64,000 nt of DNA from an uncultured virus (IMG/VR IMGVR_UViG_3300013109_000180) (IMGVR_UViG_3300013109_000180), one strand, 5' to 3'; shown: positions 1 through 10,016, counted from the first letter of the stretch. Made by a program: numbers and translations. The notes: generated from the letters alone by a model not told the origin.

Positions 1-1
1 G

Positions 2-97
2 GAACCAAAAATAGAACCTAAAAAGGAACCAAAAATAGAGCCTAAAAAGGAACCGAAAGTCGAACCTAAAAAGGAACCGAAAGTCGAACCTAAAAAG
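2..97 (+). repeat. Four tandem 24-nt coding repeats (EPK[I/V]EPKK)
   Basis: Units at 2-25, 26-49, 50-73 and 74-97, consensus gaaccRaaaRtMgaRcctaaaaag. Confidence 0.95.
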
Positions 98-1237
98 GAA
101 CCAACTAAAGTAGAACCAGATGCGAAGCCATATATTCCACCTGAAACACCAGGTAGACATCCAGATATTACGACTAAAGAAATTCCTCAGACCGGTCCAA
201 AATTCGTACCAACTTATAGACCAGATATACATCCAGAGATATCACCATTAGCACCACCAGGTGGCGCCGCAGGTGGCCCACCACCGCCAACGGGCAAGAA
301 TAATAAAAATAAGAAGAAAAAGAAACATTGGGATTACGGAAGTCAAAGTCCATACTGGAAAACAAATTTATACAAATGGGTAGAAAAATATGGTACATTT
401 GAAAATGAAAATTTAATTACAAAATACTTTGTATTAAACGAGGGCGGAGCAATGCCAGGTGTTGGAACAGTACATATTGATGAGATTAAACCAACATTAG
501 AACAATTAGAAAAGTCGTTAGGTATTGATTTACAAAATAATACATTAGGCAGTGTAGGCAAAAAACAATTTAGTGGTGATATTGATGTAGCGTTGAAAAT
601 AGCACCAGAAGAGATTCCAGCGTTTATTGAAGCTCTTAATAAAAATCCACTTGTCAGTGATATTAGAAAAACTAGTGTTGTTATGACAAAAGTAAAAATA
701 CAAAACTTTGATAAAAGCAAAGTAGATCCTGAAGGTAGACCACGTACAGGATTTGTACAGGTTGACTTTATGCCAGGAGATCCAGGTTGGCTAAAAACAT
801 ATTATCATACACCACATGAAGATGATTCAAAATACAAAGGTGTTTATCGTAACATTATGATTGCAACATTGGCCGCAGTTCACAATAGAGATGAAAGTGA
901 TGCTAAGTTAGAAGACGGTCGTGCAATGGAAACTAGACGTTTAATGTGGAGCCCAACAGAAGGGTTATTGCGTGTTAAACGTACACCTGTTCCTAATAAA
1001 GCAGGCACAGGCTATACTAAGAAAAATAAAAACGAAACAATAGATGGTCCTTGGAAACAACCAGATGAAATAGCACAACAATTAGGACTTGATAGTGGTA
1101 AAGATTTAAATAGTTTTGAATCACTATTAAAAGCAATGCAAAAGAATTGGACTAAAGAAGCACAGAAATATGTTATTGACGGATTTAAAGATAATAAAGT
1201 AGTGCAAGATATTGGTATACCAGAAGAGTTACAATAA
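2..1237 (+). CDS. 5'-partial protein: Pro/Lys/Glu-rich repeat region followed by a Pol-beta-superfamily nucleotidyltransferase-like domain; probable internal virion protein
   Basis: The frame of ORF 452..1237 is open back to base 2. It reads EPKKEPKI repeats, then VLNE|GG (431-445), then LGSVGKKQFSGDIDV (hG[GS]x9DhD) and a third Asp in VQVDFM. Confidence 0.7.
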   Translation, partial: EPKIEPKKEPKIEPKKEPKVEPKKEPKVEPKKEPTKVEPDAKPYIPPETPGRHPDITTKEIPQTGPKFVPTYRPDIHPEISPLAPPGGAAGGPPPPTGKNNKNKKKKKHWDYGSQSPYWKTNLYKWVEKYGTFENENLITKYFVLNEGGAMPGVGTVHIDEIKPTLEQLEKSLGIDLQNNTLGSVGKKQFSGDIDVALKIAPEEIPAFIEALNKNPLVSDIRKTSVVMTKVKIQNFDKSKVDPEGRPRTGFVQVDFMPGDPGWLKTYYHTPHEDDSKYKGVYRNIMIATLAAVHNRDESDAKLEDGRAMETRRLMWSPTEGLLRVKRTPVPNKAGTGYTKKNKNETIDGPWKQPDEIAQQLGLDSGKDLNSFESLLKAMQKNWTKEAQKYVIDGFKDNKVVQDIGIPEELQ

Positions 1238-1278
1238 AAGTCCACAAACTTGGATGTACGACAAAATAACTCCAACCT

Positions 1279-2457
1279 ATGACAGAAAAATATTGTATAT
1301 ATACGAACAATTTTACATTCATCGATAATGATGGATATGTAGCATTGTGCTGTAAAAACCTAAAGAATAAACTTTCACAATATCATATTAAAGATTATAA
1401 ATTAAGTGATATTTGGAATAGCCCAGAAATGCATGAGGTTAGAACAGAAATTGCTAACGGTGGCGAACCTGCGGGTTGTTTTAAATGTTATGATCCAGAA
1501 CGCGAAGGTGTGCGTAGTTTTAGGCAAAAAGCGTTGGGCATGATTAACCAAGGTGTTCCATTTAAAGATAATAAAATACATGCATTAGATTTAAGATTAG
1601 GTAACGTATGTAACTTAGCATGTGTTATGTGTTTCGCAGGTAACAGTAATAAAATATTACATAATCATAAATCAATGGCAAAGCATTTTAATTGGAAAGA
1701 AGGCCGTTTAGAAAAAGAAGCAAAAAAATATCATAGAAGCAATTATGATTGGAGTGATGATCCACAAGCGTGGGAGAATATCATTTCAAGCGTTGATAAA
1801 AATTTAAAGCACGTATACTTAGCAGGCGGTGAGCCTTTTTATCTTAAAAACTTTCCTACTACTGTAGAAAGACTAGGTAAACTTGCTCCAAGAGCAAATT
1901 TTGTAATTAATACAAATGGTACAAGGTTATTAAGAGAAAAAGATTTAAAGCAATTTAAAACTGTTGAAAATGTATTCATAAGATTTAGTGTAGATGGTTG
2001 GGGTGCAGCTGATGAGTGGACTAGGCAAGATACAGTATGGGAAGAAAAATTACAAGTAATGGATCAGTATTACAAAAACTTTAGATTGGCGGTATGGGAT
2101 ATAACAGCAAATAGTTTAAGTGTAAGACACATACCTAAACTTATTACATATTTATGGAATAACTATCCAGATGCAAAAGTACAAATACGACCTGTTGTTA
2201 ATAAGACAGAAGTACTAATGGAAAACATTCCTGATAGATTTAAAAAAGAAAGTTTAGCATTTTTTGAAAAGCATAAAAGTAGACTAGAAGGTGTTGATCA
2301 TGTTATAAATGAGATGCGTAAGCCATTTAACAATACTACAAAACGTAAAGAAACAGTAAGGCATTTTGTAGATTACTATGATACACATGGTGCACTTACA
2401 TTAGAAAGTTTTGATTTAGAACTATCAGAATGGATTAATAATGATGCAGAAGAATAA
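1279..2457 (+). CDS. Radical SAM protein with N-terminal twitch/SPASM-like domain
   Basis: CNLACVMC, AGGEPF, NTNGT, FSVDG; N-terminal C...CC...CxxC. Confidence 0.9.
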   Translation: MTEKYCIYTNNFTFIDNDGYVALCCKNLKNKLSQYHIKDYKLSDIWNSPEMHEVRTEIANGGEPAGCFKCYDPEREGVRSFRQKALGMINQGVPFKDNKIHALDLRLGNVCNLACVMCFAGNSNKILHNHKSMAKHFNWKEGRLEKEAKKYHRSNYDWSDDPQAWENIISSVDKNLKHVYLAGGEPFYLKNFPTTVERLGKLAPRANFVINTNGTRLLREKDLKQFKTVENVFIRFSVDGWGAADEWTRQDTVWEEKLQVMDQYYKNFRLAVWDITANSLSVRHIPKLITYLWNNYPDAKVQIRPVVNKTEVLMENIPDRFKKESLAFFEKHKSRLEGVDHVINEMRKPFNNTTKRKETVRHFVDYYDTHGALTLESFDLELSEWINNDAEE

Positions 2458-3673
2458 TTTTTGTTCAATTCCTTGGATACATGCCGCTACTAAAACAAAC
2501 GGAACTAGTAGAGTATGTTGCTTAATGAGCAACCACGTAAATGGTGGACTCACTGGACATAACTTTAAAGATCATACAATAGAAGAAATACATAATAGCG
2601 AATTTACTCGCAAGATTCGTAAGCAATTCTTAGCAGGAGAAAAACCTGTAGAATGTAATACATGTTGGGTTAAAGAAGATAACGGTGGTAAAAGCAGACG
2701 TACATTTACAAACGAAATGTACAAAGATGTATTTGATTACGATAAAGCAGTAAAAGTAACAGCACTTAATGGTAGCACAACACAAATGCCTATCTATTGG
2801 GATTTAAGGTTTGGTAATTTATGCAATTTAAAATGTGTAATGTGCGGACCTCAAAGTAGTAGTATGTGGTATAAAGACTGGGCAAAAGTTCACTCCACTG
2901 ATCATTTTTACGACAGCGGTACCAAAATAAACATCTCGGACGGAAACAAACAACAAAAGAAAGACCGTGCATCGGATTATGATTGGTGGGAAAGTGAACA
3001 CTTTTGGGAACAGTTAGATAAACATAAAGATCAATTAGAACATGTATATCTAGTAGGCGGTGAGCCTATGTTAGTTGAGCCACACTACAAATTTTTGCAA
3101 AATCTAATAGACAGTGGTGTAAGTAACAATGTAGTGCTAGAGTACGACACAAATATTACAAATGTACATCAACGTGCAATTGATCAATGGAAACACTTTA
3201 AAAAGTTAATGCTTAGATGTAGTATAGATGATTACGGTGAGCAAAATGATTATATACGTTTTCCTAGTAAATGGCATAAGTTAAATGAAAATATAGAGCG
3301 TATTAATAAATTATTACCAAATACAGAGATAGAAATAAGTATTACTTGGCAAATGCTTAATGCATTTACAATATTAAACTTATTAGATCACTTTAATAAT
3401 TACCACGTTAATATAAGAATACTATCAAACCCTGATATGCTAGATGCAAAACACCTTCCTAAACAAGCTAAATTAGATATTATAAATATGTATACTAACT
3501 CAATACACATAGATAAACTTTGTATACGTCAATTAGTAAATTATTTACACAATAATATAGATTATGACGGTAATTCTTATAATTGTACAGATTTTTTAGA
3601 AAAACTTGATGAAATAAGAGGAACAAATTGGAAAGAAACGTTCATTGAATTGCATAAATCGATAAATAGTTAA
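2441..3673 (+). CDS. Radical SAM protein with N-terminal twitch/SPASM-like domain
   Basis: CNLKCVMC, VGGEPM, CSIDD, YIRFPSKW; N-terminal CSIPW...VCC...CNTC. Confidence 0.92.
   Translation: MMQKNNFCSIPWIHAATKTNGTSRVCCLMSNHVNGGLTGHNFKDHTIEEIHNSEFTRKIRKQFLAGEKPVECNTCWVKEDNGGKSRRTFTNEMYKDVFDYDKAVKVTALNGSTTQMPIYWDLRFGNLCNLKCVMCGPQSSSMWYKDWAKVHSTDHFYDSGTKINISDGNKQQKKDRASDYDWWESEHFWEQLDKHKDQLEHVYLVGGEPMLVEPHYKFLQNLIDSGVSNNVVLEYDTNITNVHQRAIDQWKHFKKLMLRCSIDDYGEQNDYIRFPSKWHKLNENIERINKLLPNTEIEISITWQMLNAFTILNLLDHFNNYHVNIRILSNPDMLDAKHLPKQAKLDIINMYTNSIHIDKLCIRQLVNYLHNNIDYDGNSYNCTDFLEKLDEIRGTNWKETFIELHKSINS
3662..3668 (+). promoter_or_regulatory. T4-type late promoter core (ATAAATA)
   Basis: ATAAATA 19 nt upstream of the ATG at 3688, with an AGGA RBS between. 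Confidence 0.6.
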
Positions 3674-3687
3674 AACAAGGAACTGTA

Positions 3688-4128
3688 ATGAAGATTAATG
3701 AAGTAACAAACACACTATTAGAACTAGAACAATGGGCTAAGAAACAAGCACCATTGCTTGAAGATGGTAGTATGGATGCCGAAACACTTAGTAAAACAAT
3801 TTTACAAAAAGCCGTACATAAGTTTAAAGGACAGCCAGAGCCTGACAAGGCAAAGACTAAAGAGATGCAAGAGTACATGGCAAACTTAGAAACGAAGCTC
3901 GGCAATGAAAAAGTTGAAAAATCAACATTAAAAAAATTCTTTGGATTCTTTCGTGCCCATCCAAGAATGATAGGATTGGGGGTTGTTTTGTTAATGCTAA
4001 TATCTCCTATGTTGCCATCAATAGCAATAGCAGGATTAAGTCTAGATACGATACTTGGTGGTGCATTAGCAGGATTATATGCGATGGATATCGCCTCACC
4101 AGCAGTTAAAACGGCATTGGAGTTATAA
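3688..4128 (+). CDS. Hypothetical protein with capsid-targeting-like N-terminus and C-terminal hydrophobic segments
   Basis: MKINEVTNTLLE start; hydrophobic stretch IGLGVVLLMLISPMLPSIAIAG. Confidence 0.6.
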   Translation: MKINEVTNTLLELEQWAKKQAPLLEDGSMDAETLSKTILQKAVHKFKGQPEPDKAKTKEMQEYMANLETKLGNEKVEKSTLKKFFGFFRAHPRMIGLGVVLLMLISPMLPSIAIAGLSLDTILGGALAGLYAMDIASPAVKTALEL

Positions 4129-4129
4129 T

Positions 4130-6151
4130 ATGAGAATAGACGACATATCAAAAATTGATGAAGAGTGGTATAACCCACTTACTTGGTTTCAAAAGAAACC
4201 AAAAGCAACTACTAAAATAACTTCTAAGCCAGAAGTTAAAACTGTTTCACCTGACTTAATACCAGGTGATGGGTTAGCAAATCAAGCCGCTCATCATATA
4301 GCAAAGAACAAAAATAAAAAGAAAAAAGCCTTAGACGCATTTAAAAAAGAATTAGGCGAAGGTAAAATCACAAACGATGACACACGTGATATTGCTATTC
4401 GTTGTGTTGATGAAATGGTGGCTCAAGGACTTATTCCTAATGATATGGATACAGATAATCAAACTGAATTTCAAGTTCAAGACATTATTCATGACCATAT
4501 AAACAAAGCATTAAAAGTACAAGAAGTTAAAGAAGATGATATGAATTATGATATATCTCAAGCAGACACTAGAGTAGCATTAGATTTTGCAAGTATTGAC
4601 CTAATCCTTTATGATGACATCTTACAAGCATTTGTAGATGAACATGGTGAAGGCTATTATGATGATTGGGTTATTACTGCTAATAAGTCAGGAATTGATG
4701 AAAATGTAGATTTAACTAATAAAGTTAATGGTGATCCAGTTTTAGAAAACTTAAAAGAATTTACTATTTCAGATTTAAAAGGAATGGGAATTAAACCTAC
4801 AAGAGAACAATTTCATAAACTTCAAAAGATAAACCACGAAAATGGTGGAAATATTACTAGAAGTGATTTGAAAAAAGTTGGTATTAATGAAGATGGTGTT
4901 ATAGTTCCAGGCGTTAATACTACAGTTGATGTTAAGCCAGGACAAACAGAAAAAGAAGCGGCTAAGTTTGGCAATGGTAAAATAAAACCCTTAATGCCTA
5001 AAGCACGTAAGAATAGTAACCCGCACAAATTGTTTAATTTAGGATTAGTAGAAGGTAACATGGAAAAAGATAAGAAAAATCCTCATGCTATACCATATCT
5101 TGACACTCAAGAGTGGAAGGATTTACATTTTATGGGTGATGAAATTATTGATGCATACATTAAACATAAACAAAAAGGAAGATTAGCTGGGCAGGCTATT
5201 GGTAGAGCAATTGTTGGCGAAGGTGATATAGAAGCAGATAAAAGAAATCCTATAGCAATACCTCATCTTGATAATCCATGGTGGAAGAAGTTACACGATA
5301 TGGATGATAAGATTATTAGTGCATATGTTAAACATAAATCATTGAAGAGAACTGTGGGCAGAGGAATTAAGAAAGGTTTGAAAAAATTGAGTAAGATAGG
5401 AAGTAAACACACATCTTCATCATTTGATGATCAAGGAAATGCTACTACTAATACAACATATGGCATGGCTAATTATAAAGAATCTAAGGAAGATTTTGTT
5501 ACACTTCAGAAGGATGGGAAAATTGTAAAAGTACATCCATCTAGAGTATCACATTTCATTGACAGACATTATAAAATTGTTAAAGAATCAAAACCACATT
5601 TATTATATACTTTATTATCCGAAGATAAGGTATTTAAGGTTAGAAATATTAAATGGGATACAGACTCTGCAACAGGTGAAGGTCCTGAAGGACTTGACTT
5701 ACCTAAATCTGTTATAGTTAATGTACCAGGTAAGCATTTAGGTTCATATGAAGACACAGAAGAATTTATAAGTAATTTTCTTTCTAATTATACTGGTTTT
5801 ACACATAAAGGGTTTGATACTAACCCAGAAATCATGGAAGCAGATGTAGATGGAGATGGCAAAGAAGATTTAAAAGGATTTGATGCAAGAACTCAATATC
5901 AATTAAAGGCTCTTCAAGCAAAGTATCCACATGCAGATAATTTAATGTCGGCATTAATGGCACAAACAGAGAAGACTTTAAATCAGCAATATGCAGGTGA
6001 TAAGAAAAGAGACGAACAAGATAAGGTACATGAAAAAAATCTTGATGCAATTGAGAAAAGATTAATAAATGTTATTAAAAAGAATAAACTTACTGAAAAT
6101 ATTAAAGATAGAGAACAAATCATAAAAGATTACATAAGGGTATTTAGGTGA
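4130..6151 (+). CDS. Large modular acidic protein, probable internal head polyprotein (start reassigned to ATG 4130)
   Basis: MRIDDISKIDE start just after the upstream stop; many (L/I/V)xE motifs; internal 56-aa duplication. Confidence 0.65.
   Translation: MRIDDISKIDEEWYNPLTWFQKKPKATTKITSKPEVKTVSPDLIPGDGLANQAAHHIAKNKNKKKKALDAFKKELGEGKITNDDTRDIAIRCVDEMVAQGLIPNDMDTDNQTEFQVQDIIHDHINKALKVQEVKEDDMNYDISQADTRVALDFASIDLILYDDILQAFVDEHGEGYYDDWVITANKSGIDENVDLTNKVNGDPVLENLKEFTISDLKGMGIKPTREQFHKLQKINHENGGNITRSDLKKVGINEDGVIVPGVNTTVDVKPGQTEKEAAKFGNGKIKPLMPKARKNSNPHKLFNLGLVEGNMEKDKKNPHAIPYLDTQEWKDLHFMGDEIIDAYIKHKQKGRLAGQAIGRAIVGEGDIEADKRNPIAIPHLDNPWWKKLHDMDDKIISAYVKHKSLKRTVGRGIKKGLKKLSKIGSKHTSSSFDDQGNATTNTTYGMANYKESKEDFVTLQKDGKIVKVHPSRVSHFIDRHYKIVKESKPHLLYTLLSEDKVFKVRNIKWDTDSATGEGPEGLDLPKSVIVNVPGKHLGSYEDTEEFISNFLSNYTGFTHKGFDTNPEIMEADVDGDGKEDLKGFDARTQYQLKALQAKYPHADNLMSALMAQTEKTLNQQYAGDKKRDEQDKVHEKNLDAIEKRLINVIKKNKLTENIKDREQIIKDYIRVFR
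5051..5386 (+). repeat. Two diverged ~56-aa tandem modules inside the 4130..6151 ORF
   Basis: EGNMEKDKKNPHAIPYLD...IIDAYIKHK (from 5051) versus EGDIEADKRNPIAIPHLD...IISAYVKHK (from 5219). Confidence 0.85.
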
Positions 6152-6450
6152 TAGTATATATCGTACAAATGGAAAAAAAAGATCCTGCCCATCACGCAGG
6201 ACCAACTCAATGTTTAGATCCACACAGATATGTGGCTGGAGTTTATGCGGATATTAAAAAAGCACGAGAGGCCGGCGCCGCAGAAGTAAAATGGCGACAT
6301 GGAGAATATGAATTCCATTTACATGATTTTGTATTAGATCATATTAATAATGATAAGTTATTATATGAAATAAATGAAGGTAACAAGTCAGGAGAACTAT
6401 CCCCTGATTTTCAAATTATTAATATTAAAAGTGCTGTGAAAGGCTTGTAA
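6148..6450 (+). CDS. Hypothetical protein
   Basis: GTG start overlapping the upstream TGA; 100 aa ORF. Confidence 0.6.
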   Translation: MIVYIVQMEKKDPAHHAGPTQCLDPHRYVAGVYADIKKAREAGAAEVKWRHGEYEFHLHDFVLDHINNDKLLYEINEGNKSGELSPDFQIINIKSAVKGL

Positions 6451-6593
6451 TGAATGATCGAGCAGAATATACAGAGTATGGGTATCGAGGCTTAGAAGAA
6501 TTAAAAAAAGCTCAAGCAGAAATAAAAGAGTTACGAAAAGAATTACTTGAATTAAAAAAATTACTAGCTAAAGTAACTAACGAAAATAAATAA
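6450..6593 (+). CDS. Small coiled-coil protein (47 aa, not in ORF track)
   Basis: TAATG coupling; MNDRAEYTEYGYRGLEELKKAQAEIKELRKELLELKKLLAKVTNENK. Confidence 0.65.
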   Translation: MNDRAEYTEYGYRGLEELKKAQAEIKELRKELLELKKLLAKVTNENK

Positions 6594-6600
6594 ATTTCCA

Positions 6601-6792
6601 ATGAAAATAAAAGACATATTACAGCTACCTAACATCCAAATCGGCGATGAAGTTTTAGTAGGTAGATTTAAAAATCGTAAAGCAGTAGTAACAGGATTTA
6701 CTATTGATGATCATAACCAACCAGTATTAAAAACTACTAAAGGGCCTCAAAAACTATTCAAACCTCGAATAGTTAAATTGATGGATAAGTAA
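6601..6792 (+). CDS. Small basic protein with KOW/SH3-like motif
   Basis: MKIKDIL start; IQIGDEVLVGRFKNRKAVV. Confidence 0.55.
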   Translation: MKIKDILQLPNIQIGDEVLVGRFKNRKAVVTGFTIDDHNQPVLKTTKGPQKLFKPRIVKLMDK

Positions 6793-6793
6793 A

Positions 6794-7186
6794 ATGAAGA
6801 TAGAGTTGAGGCGACTCGAGCTAAAACATATTTTTCAGTTAAGAAGTATACTAACAAAAGAAACCGCATTATTAAGTTATTTAGAGTGGCCATTCACAAA
6901 AAAGGTTGCAGAATCTTTCATTTCCAATTATAATACATGGGGTATATGGATTAATAACGGAATTCTTGTAGGTGCTGTTGAAGTAAAAGAAGATTTCGAA
7001 ACAGCATACTTTGTAAATGAAAAGTATAGAAATCTAGGAATAGCAACACAAGCAGTGTTATTATGTAAGGAAGAACTTGCAGATAAACAACTTTGGTGTG
7101 TTATTAATCCTGCTAATAATGCAAGTTTAAAAGTAGCTAATAATGCAAATTTAAGAGTAAGTTTTATTAGCTCAGATAAGGAATAG
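6794..7186 (+). CDS. GNAT (RimJ/RimL-like) N-acetyltransferase
   Basis: YRNLGIAT acetyl-CoA motif A; NPANNASLKV. Confidence 0.75.
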   Translation: MKIELRRLELKHIFQLRSILTKETALLSYLEWPFTKKVAESFISNYNTWGIWINNGILVGAVEVKEDFETAYFVNEKYRNLGIATQAVLLCKEELADKQLWCVINPANNASLKVANNANLRVSFISSDKE

Positions 7187-7189
7187 AAT

Positions 7190-7951
7190 ATGGATTTTTC
7201 AAAAGTAGATAAAGATGGCAAAAAATTAGAATCAATTTCACCTCCTGCAAATCAAAAAGTACAAGCAGGACATTATGAATGGTGGGTAGATCATCCAGAA
7301 TTTTATGAACCAACTGCAGAAGATATTAAATGTGAATTACAATTATCTGCAATGAGTACAGTAGAACCATTAAAATGGGAAATTGATTTAGGGTGGTTTA
7401 ACAAAGAAATTAAAGCATATGACGATAAGTGGGTCCCATATTTACGTAGAGAAGGTGTAGTAAACAATAGAACTGGACTATGTTTAGTAGGACTACCAGG
7501 TGATGAACCTTGGGACAGTTTAAGTATGCCAGAAGCAATGAGACGTACAGGACGTCAACTTAGTGAATGTGATTTTAATGAACCTACACAATTATATAAA
7601 GATTGTAAAAGTTTACATCCTTTGTTAGACTATTGGAAACCACTAGGACGTACAATGATTGTTAATAGTGGTGCTGGCGGATGGTTCCCACCACATAAAG
7701 ATCAACCAATATTAACAAGAGATACGTTTAGAGTATGTGCATTTGTATCGAAAAATGTTGGGCATGATGCATATGAATGGGTGTCAGACGGACATACTTG
7801 GCCTGTTAAAGCAGGTGGAGTATACTATATAGATACTCGTAAGACGCATAGAACCCATAGTTGGAAGAATGATAGTATGCATTTAGTTATGAATATACCC
7901 AAAACATGGGAAAATGTTATGAAGTTATTAAGTGTCACCCTTAATTACTAG
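7190..7951 (+). CDS. 2OG-Fe(II) oxygenase (Asp/Asn beta-hydroxylase-like)
   Basis: GGWFPPHKD ... YYIDTRKTHRTHS ... HLV (HxD...H facial triad). Confidence 0.7.
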   Translation: MDFSKVDKDGKKLESISPPANQKVQAGHYEWWVDHPEFYEPTAEDIKCELQLSAMSTVEPLKWEIDLGWFNKEIKAYDDKWVPYLRREGVVNNRTGLCLVGLPGDEPWDSLSMPEAMRRTGRQLSECDFNEPTQLYKDCKSLHPLLDYWKPLGRTMIVNSGAGGWFPPHKDQPILTRDTFRVCAFVSKNVGHDAYEWVSDGHTWPVKAGGVYYIDTRKTHRTHSWKNDSMHLVMNIPKTWENVMKLLSVTLNY

Positions 7952-7970
7952 CCAATAATTCTTGAATTTG

Positions 7971-7977
7971 ATAAATA
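7971..7977 (+). promoter_or_regulatory. Late promoter core (ATAAATA)
   Basis: Intergenic ATAAATA followed by 5 nt and the ATG at 7983. Confidence 0.7.
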
Positions 7978-7982
7978 CTTGT

Positions 7983-8177
7983 ATGAAGATTACAGACATT
8001 ATAACTGAAAATGCAGATGCAGGAACTACAGCGGCAGGTAATATTGCTAGTGTAACTTTTCCTTTATTTGGTAAAAAGAAGATGATACGTAGAGCAGTAG
8101 ACCCTAAAGGGTATTTAACTAGCGGCAAACGTAAAAAATCTAGTGTAGGTTATACTGAAGAGGTGAAATTAAAATGA
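7983..8177 (+). CDS. Small basic virion-type protein (start reassigned to ATG 7983)
   Basis: MKITDIITE|NADAGTTAAGNIASV; directly behind a late promoter. Confidence 0.7.
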   Translation: MKITDIITENADAGTTAAGNIASVTFPLFGKKKMIRRAVDPKGYLTSGKRKKSSVGYTEEVKLK

Positions 8178-9004
8178 GATTATCACAATTAAACGAAGGT
8201 CCATGTGACGTAGCAACAAAAGATGATATTAGTCATATGACTGCGGACGAATATGCAAAATATTCAAAATGGAAAGCAGATTGTGAAGATGAGCATCGTA
8301 GAACTCCAGAATCAGGAAAACGTTTTACGGATAATGAAAAAAGTTTTAGAAGAACTATGAATGCTGAAGCAAAAGACATGGTTCCATATTTCATTGAAGC
8401 AGTAGGTAAATGTAAATATTGTGGTTGTCAAATTGATAATCCAGATACAGGTTGTGATTGTAAATATGATTCACATGATGCAAGTGGTGATAATTGGGTT
8501 AAAGAAGCAACACATGGTGAAGCCAAGCCAATTTATGATTTAGTTGGTTCATTAGGTGCAGGTGAAATTAAATTAGCACAAAATCCTATATTTCAAGATT
8601 TAGTTCGTTATTTAGATGCTGATACTATTAATAATTTTGTAACAGACTTCCGTAAAAAGATGGCTAAAGATAAAGATTTTAAAGGCTCAGTTGATTTCGG
8701 CCAATATAAAGAAGAACAAAACGAAAGCATTTGGGCAAAAAATAAAGAAGACCCAATGAATCCAGAAGTATTAATCCAAGGATATGGAAGACTTATGCTT
8801 AATCAAATAGAAGATGATCTTGTTCGTAAATTTAATGCACTTAAAGATATGGCAACGAAAAAAGATTGGGATAATATAGATTATCAACTTAATAAAACTG
8901 GTGTAATACAAGCATTCATAAAAGCAATAACAGATACGTACAACGAATTAGAAGAAATTAGAAGACGCGGCGGTATGAACAGTCGTGGCATTAAACAGAG
9001 GTAA
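8174..9004 (+). CDS. Modular hypothetical protein, probable internal head protein
   Basis: MRLSQLNE start; Cys-rich module CKYCGC...CDC...H; VKE|A and QNE|S motifs. Confidence 0.65.
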   Translation: MRLSQLNEGPCDVATKDDISHMTADEYAKYSKWKADCEDEHRRTPESGKRFTDNEKSFRRTMNAEAKDMVPYFIEAVGKCKYCGCQIDNPDTGCDCKYDSHDASGDNWVKEATHGEAKPIYDLVGSLGAGEIKLAQNPIFQDLVRYLDADTINNFVTDFRKKMAKDKDFKGSVDFGQYKEEQNESIWAKNKEDPMNPEVLIQGYGRLMLNQIEDDLVRKFNALKDMATKKDWDNIDYQLNKTGVIQAFIKAITDTYNELEEIRRRGGMNSRGIKQR

Positions 9005-9008
9005 CGAC

Positions 9009-10016
9009 ATGGATACAAACCACCCAACATATAATAAAATTGATAATACGTTTAATCGTATTATGAATGAAATAGACAAATTTGAAAAAGTTTTTAAACA
9101 AGGCGGCCAACTAGAGATGGCTGTAATGGAAATAGATGGAGACCCATCTTATTTAAAAGATGTAGCAGAAGCATTAGCAGGTCTTTATGATGCTTTAGAA
9201 GACGCACACTTTGGTACAATAGGTCACGTAGTAGATGATCGAGGTGCTAAAGATGACGTTCACCCAGCTCATCAAGAATCAGTTCAAGAGAATAAAAAAA
9301 CAATTAAAGAAGGTGTATTAGATAGTGATGATGAAGACGGCTTTATGGCTCGTAGTCAACTTTACTTTATGGCACGTGATGCAATTAAATTGCATAGTGT
9401 TATTCAAGACCAAGATGATTTAGAACCTTGGGTTCAAAGTAAAATTGCTCAATCTAGCAAAGACATGGATGCAGTGCGTCGTTACACTGAATATAATGCC
9501 ATGAAAGCACAAATTGAGCCTGAAGGAATGGAACTAAACACACATTCACATCCCGAGGAAACTGAAGACTTGGACTTACAAGAGACTGGCGATACTGGTT
9601 CCAGTAAGTCAGTTAAAGAATTAAAAACAGATACACCTAAAGAAGAAGTAGCAGAAGGTATGGATTTTGATGATAAACGTGATGATAGTCTACAAGTAAT
9701 AGCAAAAGATATGTTTAAACATGCGTTAGCAAACGCTAAGAAAAAGCATAAAGAGTCAAAAGTAGCAGAAGGTGTTACTATATCAGGTGCTATACCGACT
9801 AGTGGTAATCCACACAAAGATCAAACAACAACATTTATTCCAACTAAAGATGTTGAGCCTGTTCCTACACCTGCAAAAAAGCCCAAAAAGCCAAAGAAAC
9901 CAAAAGGTGTACATCCAAAAAAGATGGGTAAGGAAATGGGAAAGATTGTAAGAAAGACTATGAAGAAATATGGTGACGCTGCTAAAATGGGTATTCCAGA
10001 AGAGGCGAAAGCATAA
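9009..10016 (+). CDS. Acidic modular hypothetical protein, probable internal head protein (start ATG 9009)
   Basis: IKE|G, LQE|T, VAE|G motifs; MARSQLY...LEPWVQSKI module. Confidence 0.65.
   Translation: MDTNHPTYNKIDNTFNRIMNEIDKFEKVFKQGGQLEMAVMEIDGDPSYLKDVAEALAGLYDALEDAHFGTIGHVVDDRGAKDDVHPAHQESVQENKKTIKEGVLDSDDEDGFMARSQLYFMARDAIKLHSVIQDQDDLEPWVQSKIAQSSKDMDAVRRYTEYNAMKAQIEPEGMELNTHSHPEETEDLDLQETGDTGSSKSVKELKTDTPKEEVAEGMDFDDKRDDSLQVIAKDMFKHALANAKKKHKESKVAEGVTISGAIPTSGNPHKDQTTTFIPTKDVEPVPTPAKKPKKPKKPKGVHPKKMGKEMGKIVRKTMKKYGDAAKMGIPEEAKA

Noticed and set aside
2..97. Tandem repeats as a CRISPR array
   Set aside because: The 24-nt units are contiguous with no spacers, vary at synonymous or conservative positions, and encode an in-frame EPK repeat.
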